64,000 nt of DNA, taken from the NCBI GenBank assembly GCA_964473555.1, contig CAYYPL010000001.1, positions 146,630-210,629 on the forward strand. Direction: 5' to 3'. Shown one piece after another: positions 1 to 11,647 of the stretch; position 1 is the first letter of the stretch, and each line of letters begins with the position of its first letter. The position numbers were made by a program, and so were the translations under genes. Source of the DNA: an uncultured Chitinophagales bacterium. Its GTDB lineage: Bacteria > Bacteroidota > Rhodothermia > Balneolales > HLUCCA01. The notes under the pieces are model-generated. The model made no database searches and had not been told where the DNA came from. It saw only the letters and a list, made by a program, of their open reading frames with translations.

Positions 1-1080
1 CCCATAGTGATCTTCATCCAATACTTTTCTGGCGTACTTCAGGTCAATTTTATCCTCTGAATATTCATCCCAGGGTAAATCCAGAATCCATTCAACGTAA
101 TTGTAAACGACCCCATAATTCGGTGCCGAAGCTGGCGTTCTTTCCAGACGCTGTAACTCTTTGTCAAGCACTTTGCGTACCGAATCAGGTAGCTTCTTTT
201 CCAAACCACGAGCGTGTAGTTTTTTGACCTCTTCCTGCTCGCTATCTTCACCCAGTGCCTCCTGTATGGCTTTAAGCTGGTGGCGCAGATAGTAGTCGCG
301 CTGTTGTTGATCGATATCTGTCTTTACTTTGGATCGAATTTCCTGACTCAGATTCAGTACCTGGATCTCCTTGTTCAGGTATCCCATAACCATCTCCATG
401 CGTTGTGAGAATCCCTGGGTTTCAAGAATTTTCTGCTTTTCTTCGATAGAAATATTCAGATTCGAAGAAATGAAATTGAGTAAAAAAGTTGGACTGTTGA
501 TATTACTGATAGCAAGGGCTGCTTCTGAAGGAAGATTGGGTGAAAGGTTCACAATCTGAACAGAAGTCTCTTTGATGGACCTCAACGCCGCGTCAAGTTC
601 CATACCCGACATATCCTGAATATTCTTATACTGCTCAACTTCGGCCAGGAAATAAGGGTCTGTCTGGACATATTTCTTTACTTTGAACACACTTTTGCCC
701 TGAATAACGATCGATTTACTGCCGTCGGGCATTTTGATCAGTTTTAAAATCTGGGCTACTGTACCGATTTCGTAGAGATCACCAGGCTCCGGATCCTCCT
801 GATCCTTACTTTTTTGAGTAATGATTCCAATAGTTCGGTGTGTCTCATACGCCTGTTTTACCAGGGCGAGGGACCGGTCCCTACCTACGGTTATTGGAAT
901 AACAACACCAGGGAATAAAACAGTGTTTTTGAGGGGGAGAATGGGCAGTTGGTCCGGTATATCCGATTCACTTAGTCGTCGTTCTTCTTCTTCAGACAGC
1001 AAGGGTATCGCCTGCTCAAAGTCTTGGAAATCTTCTTCAGATAGGGTAAAAAAATCTTCAGCGTCGTTATAGAATTTCAT
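1..1080 (-). CDS. lon: Lon protease, N-terminal 360 codons (3' part lies beyond the left window edge)
   Basis: Own translation of the minus strand from the ATG at 1080-1078 gives MKFYNDAEDFF...LPILPLKNTVLFPGVVIPITVGRDRSLALVKQA (Lon N-terminal substrate domain). It runs open to position 1 and ends ...LDEDHYG, the conserved motif just before the AAA+ module. It is absent from the ORF track because no stop lies in the window. Confidence 0.9.
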   Translation of the reverse strand, partial: MKFYNDAEDFFTLSEEDFQDFEQAIPLLSEEEERRLSESDIPDQLPILPLKNTVLFPGVVIPITVGRDRSLALVKQAYETHRTIGIITQKSKDQEDPEPGDLYEIGTVAQILKLIKMPDGSKSIVIQGKSVFKVKKYVQTDPYFLAEVEQYKNIQDMSGMELDAALRSIKETSVQIVNLSPNLPSEAALAISNINSPTFLLNFISSNLNISIEEKQKILETQGFSQRMEMVMGYLNKEIQVLNLSQEIRSKVKTDIDQQQRDYYLRHQLKAIQEALGEDSEQEEVKKLHARGLEKKLPDSVRKVLDKELQRLERTPASAPNYGVVYNYVEWILDLPWDEYSEDKIDLKYARKVLDEDHYG

Positions 1081-1233
1081 TCAAAAATAATTTAATAGAT
1101 AACTGTATTTAGGCTTGGTTAAACAAATTTTAAACCAAACACTCCATTCAGTACAATTCGTCAGAACAACACCTAAAATCATGGCATAATTTCATGTGTA
1201 GGATAGAATTCTGTCAAAAAGGCATATCAGAAA

Positions 1234-2793
1234 TCAAAATTTAAGACTAAGAGTACCCACATTCATCATTACGGGTCTGAACGCATTGTTTGTACTAAGT
1301 CGTTTCGCCATAGTACTCGCAGACACACTCAAAAAGGAGGTGTCGATGCCAAAACCAGCAGTATATACAACAGGCTCACCTTGCTTGAGGACGAGTCCAC
1401 TTCTAATGGACAAATAACGGATTATATTGATTTCGTTACCAAAATGAATGGAGCTATAGTCTGAGTTCGAATTCGTATAACCTGTCTGTTGCTGAACTTC
1501 CACACCGATTTTTAATCTGTCCAGTTCCAGCCCAATTCCAGCTGTTACGGTAGTTGGAGTTAAAAAAGTAACAGACCCTGATTCAATAGAACCTGATTTA
1601 GATAACATTTGGATATCCGATCCAATGAAATCAAAATAGGACTTTGGGGTAAATAGGTACTCGCGGTCAATTTCTTGTAATGAAATCTTTTCTGAGGTGT
1701 ATTCCTCGCTTTCGATGGACAGGGACTTCACATCTTTGTGAGTGATGAATCCTATGTCGTTTACTGCTAAGGACACACTGATTTGATAATTGGATACGGG
1801 ACGCAAATCATTTCGAAGTCTGATTGAACTGCCAAAACTAAACCTCCATGTTACCCCGGCATCAAATCCAGCACCAAATCCAGTGATACTGGTCCAATTA
1901 GGAGAGGTTGTAGTACACACAAAAGGATTGGAAGTTAAATTTCTACAGCTGTTTACAGATCCGGAAAGGTGTAAGCTGTGTCTACGATCAATAGTTGACT
2001 CCCCAAGATTTGCCAATATGGATTCAGATGTGTAATCGGAATCCATGTATTCAACAGGTAAAATAAACTTGGGATTCACCCCGAAATATAACGAACTACG
2101 ACTGCCTGTCAATCCACTCAATAGCCCTTGTTCCCAAGCGAATCCAACTCCTATTTCATGGCTGAATGAAGCATATTGATGTAGATCCCTGCTCAAAAAG
2201 TAGGTATCGTTCGTGGCACTAAATGCAGTATCATACCAACCTCTTGCTACCTGTGAAATACTTGTACCCCGTAATCTATGATTTAATGAAAATGACACAT
2301 CTGAACCTTTGTACATAAGTCCAAAAGTAATGAAATCAAGATGTTGAGTATTTAATGATGTTACATTGGAGGAACCGAACCAGGAGTTTAAAAGCTGATT
2401 TGGCCCTTTCTCATACAAGTAATCCTTTTCATCTGAATACCCGAAAAAAGGATTGAGCAGGGATTTAGGATCCATAATCAATTGGGATGTGAATCCACTA
2501 CTTTTTGACACACTCCCGGACAAAAAAGTGATCACTACCGATTCATTTTTGTCTGTAAGCATTAAAAGAGAGGGGTTGTAGAAGGCGGCTTCAGGTTTTG
2601 CTCCCATGAACAGTGCCACTCCGCCTGATCCTGAATGAGTTGGATTGGAATAGGATTGTGCCCAGGGAGAACGTGGGGTAATTGCCATGTACAGAAATAA
2701 AATCAATAGGATCTTTGACACAAACTGGATTGATTGTTTTGTGAGAAAACGTTCACAAGAATATATCCAGAATAGACGAAAAAGATTAATCAC
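1234..2793 (-). CDS. Hypothetical outer-membrane beta-barrel protein (FadL/PorV-like features)
   Basis: 519-aa ORF with a signal-peptide-like SKILLILFLYMAITPRSPWA/QS. The sequence is beta-strand rich with alternating aromatic/Gly/Ser and has an OMP-type C-terminus ...GTLSLKF. The N-terminal GSGGVALFMGAKPEAAFYNPSLL resembles the FadL/TodX/PorV hatch motif. The start is uncertain: ATG at 2793 (ATGA overlap with the pcrA stop) or in-frame GTG at 2721, which gives a cleaner signal peptide. Confidence 0.6.
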   Translation of the reverse strand: MINLFRLFWIYSCERFLTKQSIQFVSKILLILFLYMAITPRSPWAQSYSNPTHSGSGGVALFMGAKPEAAFYNPSLLMLTDKNESVVITFLSGSVSKSSGFTSQLIMDPKSLLNPFFGYSDEKDYLYEKGPNQLLNSWFGSSNVTSLNTQHLDFITFGLMYKGSDVSFSLNHRLRGTSISQVARGWYDTAFSATNDTYFLSRDLHQYASFSHEIGVGFAWEQGLLSGLTGSRSSLYFGVNPKFILPVEYMDSDYTSESILANLGESTIDRRHSLHLSGSVNSCRNLTSNPFVCTTTSPNWTSITGFGAGFDAGVTWRFSFGSSIRLRNDLRPVSNYQISVSLAVNDIGFITHKDVKSLSIESEEYTSEKISLQEIDREYLFTPKSYFDFIGSDIQMLSKSGSIESGSVTFLTPTTVTAGIGLELDRLKIGVEVQQQTGYTNSNSDYSSIHFGNEINIIRYLSIRSGLVLKQGEPVVYTAGFGIDTSFLSVSASTMAKRLSTNNAFRPVMMNVGTLSLKF

Positions 2794-5120
2794 TCCAAAA
2801 TTCGCAGTTTAGCGAACTTCAGAGCAAGTTTTTTCTGTCCGTGACTCAGAAAAAAGACTACGACTTTTGTTTCTGTACCCGATCCTTCTTTGTGGATGAT
2901 CTTACCCTGTCCGAACTTATCGTGTTCTACAAACATCCCTACCCGTAATTCAACAGAGTTCTCATCGTACTCAATTCTTTGTGAACCTGCTGATGGTTTG
3001 GCTGTATCGGGTGTTCTGTATGTATTCCTTCCCGGTGCTGGAGCCGGATAACCACTGCTGAGTGGTTTCTTGTAGTCATACTCAATGAATGTACCTGAAC
3101 GATGCTCGGAAAGGGAATCTTGTTTTTGTCGAATCGTGGAACCATTTTCGTTTCGAACCACAGATGGATCAACTTCATCCAGAAAGCGTGATCTGATACC
3201 TGGTTTTTCCTCTCCAAATTTGTAACGACTACGCGCAAAACTAAAGAATAACTCGCGTTGAGCCCGAGTTATAGCTACATAGAACAGTCTGCGTTCTTCT
3301 TCAATATCCGCATCTTCACCATTTCTGCCACCGATAGGAAAGAGCTCTTCTTCTAATCCAGCAATAAATACTACTGGAAATTCAAGCCCTTTTGAGGCAT
3401 GAACAGTCATTAGCGTGACCGCCGGAACGTCAACTTCCAGATTATCAACATCAGATACCAGGCTGATTTCTTGTAAAAAGGCACTTAGACTGGCATTTTC
3501 ACGTGATTTTTCGAAGTACGATATCGCATTGAGTAATTCCATCACGTTTTCTCGTCGACCGAGCGATTCCTGAGAGTTCTCCTCCACAAATTGTTTTACA
3601 TAACCCGTCTTTTCGAGTAACAGCCTGGTGGTTTCTACGATAGATTCTCGACTGAGCATTAGGGTACATTCATCCATGACTTCATTAAACTCACGGATTC
3701 TGGCCTGTGCTGGCTTATACACATCCGAAAGATTTGCATCATCCCGGATGTAGTTCCAAAGTGGCGTATTCCTGCTTCGAGCACCCGATACCATGGAGTC
3801 CAGAGATTTTTGTCCTATACCTCGAGTTGGTTCATTAATGATGCGAAGTAGTGCTTCCTGATCGGCTGGGTTTACTAGTAATCGCAGATATGCAATCACG
3901 TCCTTAACTTCCTTACGTTGGTAAAAAGAAACCCCACCAACCAGCTGATAGGGAACATCTTTTCTTCTGAGGGCTTCCTCAAAGACACGGCTTTGGTAAT
4001 TAGTGCGGTATAAAATCGCAAATTCGTTGAACTTATATCCTTCCCGAAATCGCAGATTCTGAATGTGCTGGGCAATTCTGGATGCCTCTTCGCGTTCACT
4101 GAAATTATCCAGCAAGGTGATCGGATTACCTTTGTTGTTTTCGGTCCAGAGTGTTTTTTCTAGCTGTTTTTTGTTTTGCTTGATAATTGAATCTGCGCAC
4201 TTCAATATGACTTTAGTACTACGATAATTTTGTTCGAGTGCAATTTCGGTTGCCTGAGCATAGTCTTCCTTAAAATTCAAAATGTTGGAGATGTCGGCTC
4301 CGCGAAAAGAGTAGATGCTTTGTGCATCATCACCAACCACGCAAATATTCTCATGTTTGCTGGCCAATAGATTCGTAACCGTATACTGTGCTCGGTTCGT
4401 ATCCTGATACTCATCAATCAGGATATACCTGAAACGCTCCTGATACTTTTCCAGGACCTCCGGATACATCTGAAACAGTTCAATTGGCTTGATAAGCAGG
4501 TCATCAAAGTCCATGGCATTGGAATTGAACAGTCTTGTATTGTATATCTTGTAAACCTGGGCGGCGATGTCATCCAATGTACTTTGAACAAATTTATTGG
4601 CATATTCATCAGCTGATATCATCTGGTTCTTAGCGCCACTGATTCTGAATCGAACCTGGTTCGGTTTTATTTCACGTGGGTCGATACGAAGTTCCTGAAG
4701 AATACCTTTGATGACTCGGTCTGAGTCATCAGTGTCATAGATACTAAAATCGGTTTTGTATCCTATGTTTTCAGCCTCGATCCGTAGTATTTTTGTAAAA
4801 ATAGAGTGAAACGTACCCATCCAAAGGCGACTAGCCTCTGGACCAATCACTTTCTCGATTCGCTCGCGCATTTCCCGCGCAGCTTTGTTTGTAAAGGTCA
4901 GGGCCAGAATCTGACTTGGCCAGGCTTGTTTGGTAGCTATCAGATTGGCGATTCGATATGTTAATACGCGAGTTTTGCCACTACCAGCACCAGCAATGAT
5001 CAATAGTGGTCCCTGTGAATGCAGCACGGCATCAGCCTGACGATCGTTGAGTTCTGCCAGCAAAGACGACATGTCCGCTTGACCGAACAAATCTGGTATC
5101 GAATTCGAATTTATACTCAT
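2790..5120 (-). CDS. pcrA: ATP-dependent DNA helicase, UvrD/PcrA/Rep family
   Basis: SF1 helicase motifs are present: AGAGSGKT (Walker A), LIDEYQDTN, VGDDAQSIYSFRGA, QNYRS, TVHASKGLEF, YVAITRA. A C-terminal Tudor-like tail (VGMFVEHDKFGQGKII...) is typical of PcrA/UvrD. Confidence 0.95.
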   Translation of the reverse strand: MSINSNSIPDLFGQADMSSLLAELNDRQADAVLHSQGPLLIIAGAGSGKTRVLTYRIANLIATKQAWPSQILALTFTNKAAREMRERIEKVIGPEASRLWMGTFHSIFTKILRIEAENIGYKTDFSIYDTDDSDRVIKGILQELRIDPREIKPNQVRFRISGAKNQMISADEYANKFVQSTLDDIAAQVYKIYNTRLFNSNAMDFDDLLIKPIELFQMYPEVLEKYQERFRYILIDEYQDTNRAQYTVTNLLASKHENICVVGDDAQSIYSFRGADISNILNFKEDYAQATEIALEQNYRSTKVILKCADSIIKQNKKQLEKTLWTENNKGNPITLLDNFSEREEASRIAQHIQNLRFREGYKFNEFAILYRTNYQSRVFEEALRRKDVPYQLVGGVSFYQRKEVKDVIAYLRLLVNPADQEALLRIINEPTRGIGQKSLDSMVSGARSRNTPLWNYIRDDANLSDVYKPAQARIREFNEVMDECTLMLSRESIVETTRLLLEKTGYVKQFVEENSQESLGRRENVMELLNAISYFEKSRENASLSAFLQEISLVSDVDNLEVDVPAVTLMTVHASKGLEFPVVFIAGLEEELFPIGGRNGEDADIEEERRLFYVAITRAQRELFFSFARSRYKFGEEKPGIRSRFLDEVDPSVVRNENGSTIRQKQDSLSEHRSGTFIEYDYKKPLSSGYPAPAPGRNTYRTPDTAKPSAGSQRIEYDENSVELRVGMFVEHDKFGQGKIIHKEGSGTETKVVVFFLSHGQKKLALKFAKLRILE

Positions 5121-5151
5121 AATGGATTTCTGATCAGGACTAAATCCGATT

Positions 5152-7845
5152 TCAGATCAACTCAGCTAACTGGATTCGTAGTTTTTCCAACGTTTCGGAG
5201 GCATCACGGGCTTTGTTCTGTTCATTTTGAACGACGTCAGCCGGAGCTCTGGAAACAAAGTTTTCATTGGATAATTTCGACTCCACACTTTTCTTGAAAC
5301 CCTCAAGTCGCTGGATTTCTTTAATGATTCGTTCGCGCTCTTTTTCCAGATCGATCAATCCAACCAGGGGGACGAACAACTCATTCCCATTGACCACAGC
5401 TGAAGCGCAGATACCCTGTTTCTGAGCCAAAGGGTCTATGGTGATGTCCGTTAGCTTCTGCAATTTTCTGATAATCCATTCACAGTTATTGAACAGATCT
5501 GTGGTCTCGGTGTCCCGGGTTCTAATGATCAATGAAAGTGGTGTGGCGGGTGATAATCCGGATTCAGCCCGAATATTTCTTATGGCAGAGATCGTCTGTT
5601 TTGCCAGTTCAAACTCTGTTTCATTCAGATCGCTGATCAGGTTGCTGTTTACCTTTGGCCAGGAAGTTACAACCAAAGCTGTCTCCGGAGTGCGGGCTTC
5701 CAGATATTGCCATACTTCTTCGGAAATAAATGGCATAAATGGATGCAGTAATTTCATCAACTCGGCAAAGATACCGAGTGCTGACTCTAGTTTTTCCCTT
5801 GGTACCTTCTCTCCGGGTACATCCGATTTACATAGCTCGATATACCAATCACAGAAATCATCCCATGCTAATGCATATATTTTCTGTAGTGCTTCATTGA
5901 GTCGGAAAGCATCGAAATCGGCGTTCATTAGCTCGATTGTTCGATTCAAGCGACTCAGCATCCATTTATCTACCAATGAATGTGATTGGACCGGTAATTG
6001 TGGGGCATATTCAACCCCTTCTTCCATGTTCAAGGTCAAAAAGCGGAAGGCATTCCAGATTTTATTCGAAAAATTTCTTCCTTGCTCGCACAAGGCTTCA
6101 TCAAATAAAAGGTCATTACCAGCAGGAGCGGAAAATAACATCCCAACCCGTGTTCCATCTGCTCCGAACTGTGCGATAAGGTCTAAAGGATCAGGAGAGT
6201 TACCCAGCGATTTTGACATTTTACGGCGTTGTTTATCCCTGACGATTCCATGATAATAGACATTGGAGAATGGTTTTTCATCGGCGAAAGCGTAACCTGC
6301 CATAATCATTCGGGCTACCCAAAAGAACATGATTTCAGGGGCCGTAACCAGGTCTTGGGTTGGATAATAGTACTTGTAATCCGGATTATTCGGATCTTTG
6401 AATCCATCAAATACTGAAATCGGCCATAACCACGAAGAAAACCAGGTGTCTAGCACATCTTCATCCTGTTTGAGGTCAGTGGTTGATAAGGAAGTATTTC
6501 CAGTTTTTATATGGGCTTTGGCCAAAGCTTCTTCGGTTGATTTGGCTATTACATAGTCGTTTTCACCTTTACCATAGTACCAGGCTGGAATTTGATGTCC
6601 CCACCACAGTTGACGTGATATGCACCAGTCCTGAATGTTCTCCATCCAGTTTCGATATGAATTTTTAAACTTAGATGGATGAAACTTGATGGAATCGTCA
6701 TCTACATGGTCTAGCGCTGGTTTACCCAGTTCCTGCATCTTCATAAACCATTGTAACGACAACCGGGGTTCGATGACGGCGTCGGTCCGCTCACTGTATC
6801 CCAGTTTATTGTTCATTTCTTCAACTTTTGCCAATGCACCTGCATCTTCCAGCGCCTTGGCAGCTGCTTTTCGGGCTTCGAAACGATCCATTCCGGTGAA
6901 CGGGGCACCAAATTCGTTGACGATACCACTTTCATCAAGCATACTGATCACTTCCAAACCGTGTTTTTGTCCGATTTCGTAGTCATTTTTATCATGAGCA
7001 GGCGTGATTTTCAAGCAACCGGTTCCAAAATCCATTTCTACGTAATCATCAGCAATGATTGGAACCAGCCGATTCACTAAAGGTACAATCACATTCTTGC
7101 CAATCAGATCTTTGTAGCGATCATCTTTTGGATTTACACACACGGCAGTATCTGCCAGTATCGTTTCTGGTCTGGTTGTAGCGATCGTTAGATGTCCAGA
7201 ACCATCTTCAAGAGCGTAATTGACATAAAATAAACGTGATCGAACCTCTTTAAAAATAACCTCTTCATCGGAAAGTGCTGTTTTGGCTTCCGGATCCCAG
7301 TTGATCATGCGAACCCCCCTGTAGATGTATCCGCGATCGTACAAGTTAATGAAACACTCTATGACTGCATCATAAAGATCTGGTTCCAGTGTAAACCGCG
7401 TACGTTTCCAATCACAAGAAGCGCCTAGTTTCTTCAGCTGATCCAGAATGATGCCACCATGTTCTCGGGTCCAATCCCAGGCGTGTTCCATAAACTCATC
7501 ACGCGACATATCCGACTTTTTGAGTCCCTTTTTACGAAGTTTTTGGACAACTTTAGCCTCAGTAGCGATAGAGGCATGGTCTGTACCCGGAACCCAGCAG
7601 GCATTTTTCCCAAGCATTCGGGCACGACGTACCAAAACATCCTGAATGGTGTTGTTCAGCATGTGTCCCATATGCAAGACTCCGGTCACGTTGGGCGGAG
7701 GTATTACGACCGTGTAGGACTCGCGTTCATCGGGTTCGGAGTGGAAATAGTCGTTCTCCATCCAATACTGATACCACTTGGACTCCGTTGTGGATGGATC
7801 GTATTGTTTTGGGAGGTCTGAAATTCTGGAAAAATCGCCTGACAT
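5152..7845 (-). CDS. valS: Valine--tRNA ligase
   Basis: 897 aa with the class I HIGH variant (VLHMGHMLN), KMSKS, an editing-domain region and the C-terminal coiled coil typical of ValS. Confidence 0.97.
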   Translation of the reverse strand: MSGDFSRISDLPKQYDPSTTESKWYQYWMENDYFHSEPDERESYTVVIPPPNVTGVLHMGHMLNNTIQDVLVRRARMLGKNACWVPGTDHASIATEAKVVQKLRKKGLKKSDMSRDEFMEHAWDWTREHGGIILDQLKKLGASCDWKRTRFTLEPDLYDAVIECFINLYDRGYIYRGVRMINWDPEAKTALSDEEVIFKEVRSRLFYVNYALEDGSGHLTIATTRPETILADTAVCVNPKDDRYKDLIGKNVIVPLVNRLVPIIADDYVEMDFGTGCLKITPAHDKNDYEIGQKHGLEVISMLDESGIVNEFGAPFTGMDRFEARKAAAKALEDAGALAKVEEMNNKLGYSERTDAVIEPRLSLQWFMKMQELGKPALDHVDDDSIKFHPSKFKNSYRNWMENIQDWCISRQLWWGHQIPAWYYGKGENDYVIAKSTEEALAKAHIKTGNTSLSTTDLKQDEDVLDTWFSSWLWPISVFDGFKDPNNPDYKYYYPTQDLVTAPEIMFFWVARMIMAGYAFADEKPFSNVYYHGIVRDKQRRKMSKSLGNSPDPLDLIAQFGADGTRVGMLFSAPAGNDLLFDEALCEQGRNFSNKIWNAFRFLTLNMEEGVEYAPQLPVQSHSLVDKWMLSRLNRTIELMNADFDAFRLNEALQKIYALAWDDFCDWYIELCKSDVPGEKVPREKLESALGIFAELMKLLHPFMPFISEEVWQYLEARTPETALVVTSWPKVNSNLISDLNETEFELAKQTISAIRNIRAESGLSPATPLSLIIRTRDTETTDLFNNCEWIIRKLQKLTDITIDPLAQKQGICASAVVNGNELFVPLVGLIDLEKERERIIKEIQRLEGFKKSVESKLSNENFVSRAPADVVQNEQNKARDASETLEKLRIQLAELI

Positions 7846-7914
7846 TTGAATGTAGAATAAGAGTTTTCTTTTATAGTGTCTTAAAATGTGAATTCCTTAC
7901 AAAATTAAACAGAA

Positions 7915-7937
7915 AAGCCTTCTTTTTGGGAAGGCTT
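7915..7937 (-). terminator. Putative Rho-independent terminator of rsmB
   Basis: 8-bp stem aagccttc/gaaggctt with a 7-nt loop, 25 nt downstream of the rsmB stop. On the minus strand it is followed by the T-rich ttttctgtttaatttt. Confidence 0.55.
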
Positions 7938-7961
7938 CACGTTCAAATGTAGGATACCAAT

Positions 7962-9281
7962 TTAGTGTATCCTTTTGAGCAGAACCCCAAAGTGTCCATC
8001 GCAGTGGTGTTTATGAGGGAAGGTCTGGTAGGAGAGTCCGTCTTCAGAAAGTACTTCTTCGGGCAGATAATCTCCAAGTGGCTGGAGTTCAAAATTGTCA
8101 TACTCTTTCAGGAACTTGTGGATCTGATCCATGTTCTCTTCCGGTTCGATGGAGCAGGTCGAGTACACCAATCTGCCTCCTTTTGAAACCATGTTCGCTG
8201 CGGCATCCAGTAAATCTGCTTGTTTTTTAACGATTTCACCGAGTTCTTCATGGGTTCGTTTCCATCGGAGATCAGCCCGCTTACTCAGGACTCCCGTACC
8301 AGTACATGGTGCATCAAGCAATACGGCATCGGCAAGTTTGAAACGTTCTTCGATGATATCGGCACGTTGAATTTTTACGTTTTCAGCGCCATATTTCTCG
8401 CAGTTTTCAGCAATTTTTGCCATACGCTTGGCGTTGATATCCACCGATAGTACAGTACCTTCATTGTGCATCATACCTGAAAGAACGATCGTTTTTGTCC
8501 CGGGTGCTGCACACAAATCATACACTGTTTCGCCCGGCTGTGGATCAAGAATAGTAGGAGCGAAGCCGGCAGCGATGTCCTGAACCTGGCACAGTCCTTT
8601 TTCGAACCAGCCTTTTGTACGGGCTTCGATCACACTATGTACTTTGAAGTAACCTGGAAGCCAGTCACTTTCTTCAAATTCGACACCGCTCTTTTCCAGG
8701 CGTAGTTTGAAGTTCTCGGGTTTCGTGCGCAGTTCGTTGACTCGCAGGAAGTAATCCGGACGACGGTTGTTGGCCTGCATCAACTGGAACGCCTCACGTT
8801 CACCGAAACGGGCAACATAGCGTTCAACCATCCATTCGGGGTGTGAGAACGTCACAGCTACCAGTTTGGTTCGGTCTTTCATTGCCGGTTTAGGTAACTG
8901 CGCCATTTCTCGTTGGACCCGTCTGAGAATGGCATTGGCCATATCTCCGGAACGAGAGCTGATTTTGGTTTTTGCGATTTCGACAGGTTCATTGATGGCA
9001 GCATGGTCTGGAGTTCCATCCATGAACAAAAGATCATACATACCCAATCGAAGAATATTCTTGAACATGAACTCGAGTTCATCGACCGGTACGGAGCTGA
9101 ATTCACCGATAAGGAAGTCCAGATAGGATCGTCGTCGTAAAATTCCCTGTACATATTCGTTTGCCTGATTACGTTCACGACCATCGAGTTCGTCGAATAT
9201 TCCGGTGTCAAGGAAGTTGTCCTGTTCGAAGTGGGTGAGTACCTGAACGGCAGCGAATCGGGCTGTTAATTGAGTATCCAA
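7962..9281 (-). CDS. rsmB: 16S rRNA (cytosine967-C5)-methyltransferase RsmB/Sun
   Basis: NusB-like N-terminal domain plus a SAM methyltransferase domain with DAPCTGTG and YSTCS catalytic-cysteine motifs. The start is TTG (complement of 9279-9281). Confidence 0.9.
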   Translation of the reverse strand: MDTQLTARFAAVQVLTHFEQDNFLDTGIFDELDGRERNQANEYVQGILRRRSYLDFLIGEFSSVPVDELEFMFKNILRLGMYDLLFMDGTPDHAAINEPVEIAKTKISSRSGDMANAILRRVQREMAQLPKPAMKDRTKLVAVTFSHPEWMVERYVARFGEREAFQLMQANNRRPDYFLRVNELRTKPENFKLRLEKSGVEFEESDWLPGYFKVHSVIEARTKGWFEKGLCQVQDIAAGFAPTILDPQPGETVYDLCAAPGTKTIVLSGMMHNEGTVLSVDINAKRMAKIAENCEKYGAENVKIQRADIIEERFKLADAVLLDAPCTGTGVLSKRADLRWKRTHEELGEIVKKQADLLDAAANMVSKGGRLVYSTCSIEPEENMDQIHKFLKEYDNFELQPLGDYLPEEVLSEDGLSYQTFPHKHHCDGHFGVLLKRIH

Positions 9282-9543
9282 AGTGTTCCGAACTATTTTT
9301 GGTTAATAAAGCTGACTGTAAGGCGTAAATCTGATTAAATAACGCATCCAGAAAGCACATACTTATTGAATCGGGAAAAATACGCAAAACGCAGCTTTGA
9401 TTACAGTCTATTTTCTTGAAATTTCGTTTTCATCTATGAATTCCATCTTTGCTTTTAGGCTGAATTATGTCTAAATTTCCTGACTGTATCAGATAGTATT
9501 ACCAAGCTTAAATGATCAGTTAACCATTCGACATCATTCATAA

Positions 9544-11040
<1,497 letters not shown>

Positions 11041-11049
11041 TATTTCTGG

Positions 11050-11451
11050 ATGAAACCTTTTGAAGTTAAAATTCTGGAACCTGAGGGGCCTGTGTTCAGC
11101 GGATCTGTCAAGGGGATTAAATTACCTGGTACTGAGGGAAACTTTGAGGTATTGCACAATCACGCCAGTTTGATGAGCGCACTTGAAGTAGGTATCATTA
11201 CCATCAAGAACGACTCAACCACTGATGAATACTCGATCTCCAACGGCTTTGTCGAAGTGCACAATAACCGGGTTACGGTGATTGTGGAGTCGGCTGAGCA
11301 CAAGGATGACATAGATTTAGATCGTGCTCTTGCTGCCAAAAAGCGTGCTGAAGAGCGACTTGCAGCTGCCCGTGAGAACAAGATCGACATAGCCCGTGCA
11401 GAGGCCTCACTCAAAAGAGCCATAAACCGAATCAAACTGGCGCAAAACTAA
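11050..11451 (+). CDS. atpC: F1 ATP synthase epsilon subunit
   Basis: 133 aa, 9 nt downstream of atpD. It has a beta-sandwich N-terminus (GPVFSG...LPGTEGNFEVLHNHA) and a helical C-terminus. Confidence 0.9.
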   Translation: MKPFEVKILEPEGPVFSGSVKGIKLPGTEGNFEVLHNHASLMSALEVGIITIKNDSTTDEYSISNGFVEVHNNRVTVIVESAEHKDDIDLDRALAAKKRAEERLAAARENKIDIARAEASLKRAINRIKLAQN

Positions 11452-11483
11452 CAAACGGTTCCATTTATTGTTGTAGTGCATCA

Positions 11484-11519
11484 ACGCCTGTTGGTCATGA
11501 ACCGGCAGGCGTTTTTTTT
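11484..11519 (+). terminator. Rho-independent terminator of atpDC
   Basis: 12-bp stem acgcctgttggt/accggcaggcgt (two G-U pairs), loop catga, followed directly by a run of eight T. Confidence 0.8.
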
Positions 11520-11526
11520 ATACAGA

Positions 11527-11628
11527 AAACGGTAACCAGTAAACAGAAAAAGGCCATGCGATTCCGAGTATCTCGAAATTCAAAATCACCAACCTGATGG
11601 GCTGTTTACAGTTATCTGGTTACCGTTT
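11527..11628. repeat. Long interrupted inverted repeat in the atpC/mrcA convergent spacer
   Basis: aaacggtaaccag+taaacag (11527-11546) pairs with ctgttta (11602-11608) and ctggttaccgttt (11616-11628), with a 7-nt bulge. It encloses 55 nt that contain a small hairpin (ccgag tat ctcg). Confidence 0.45.
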
Positions 11629-11647
11629 ACGCTTGCGAACCAAGAGG

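Noticed and set aside
5438-6253. 271-aa ORF on the plus strand, antisense to valS
   Set aside because: It lies wholly inside a well-supported valS gene and its composition is low-complexity (Ser/Phe/Ile-rich) with no motifs. In this antisense phase, stops arise only where a sense Tyr codon follows a codon ending in a pyrimidine, or a sense His/Gln codon follows a codon ending in T. The few such positions here happen not to create stops. It is most likely a shadow ORF.
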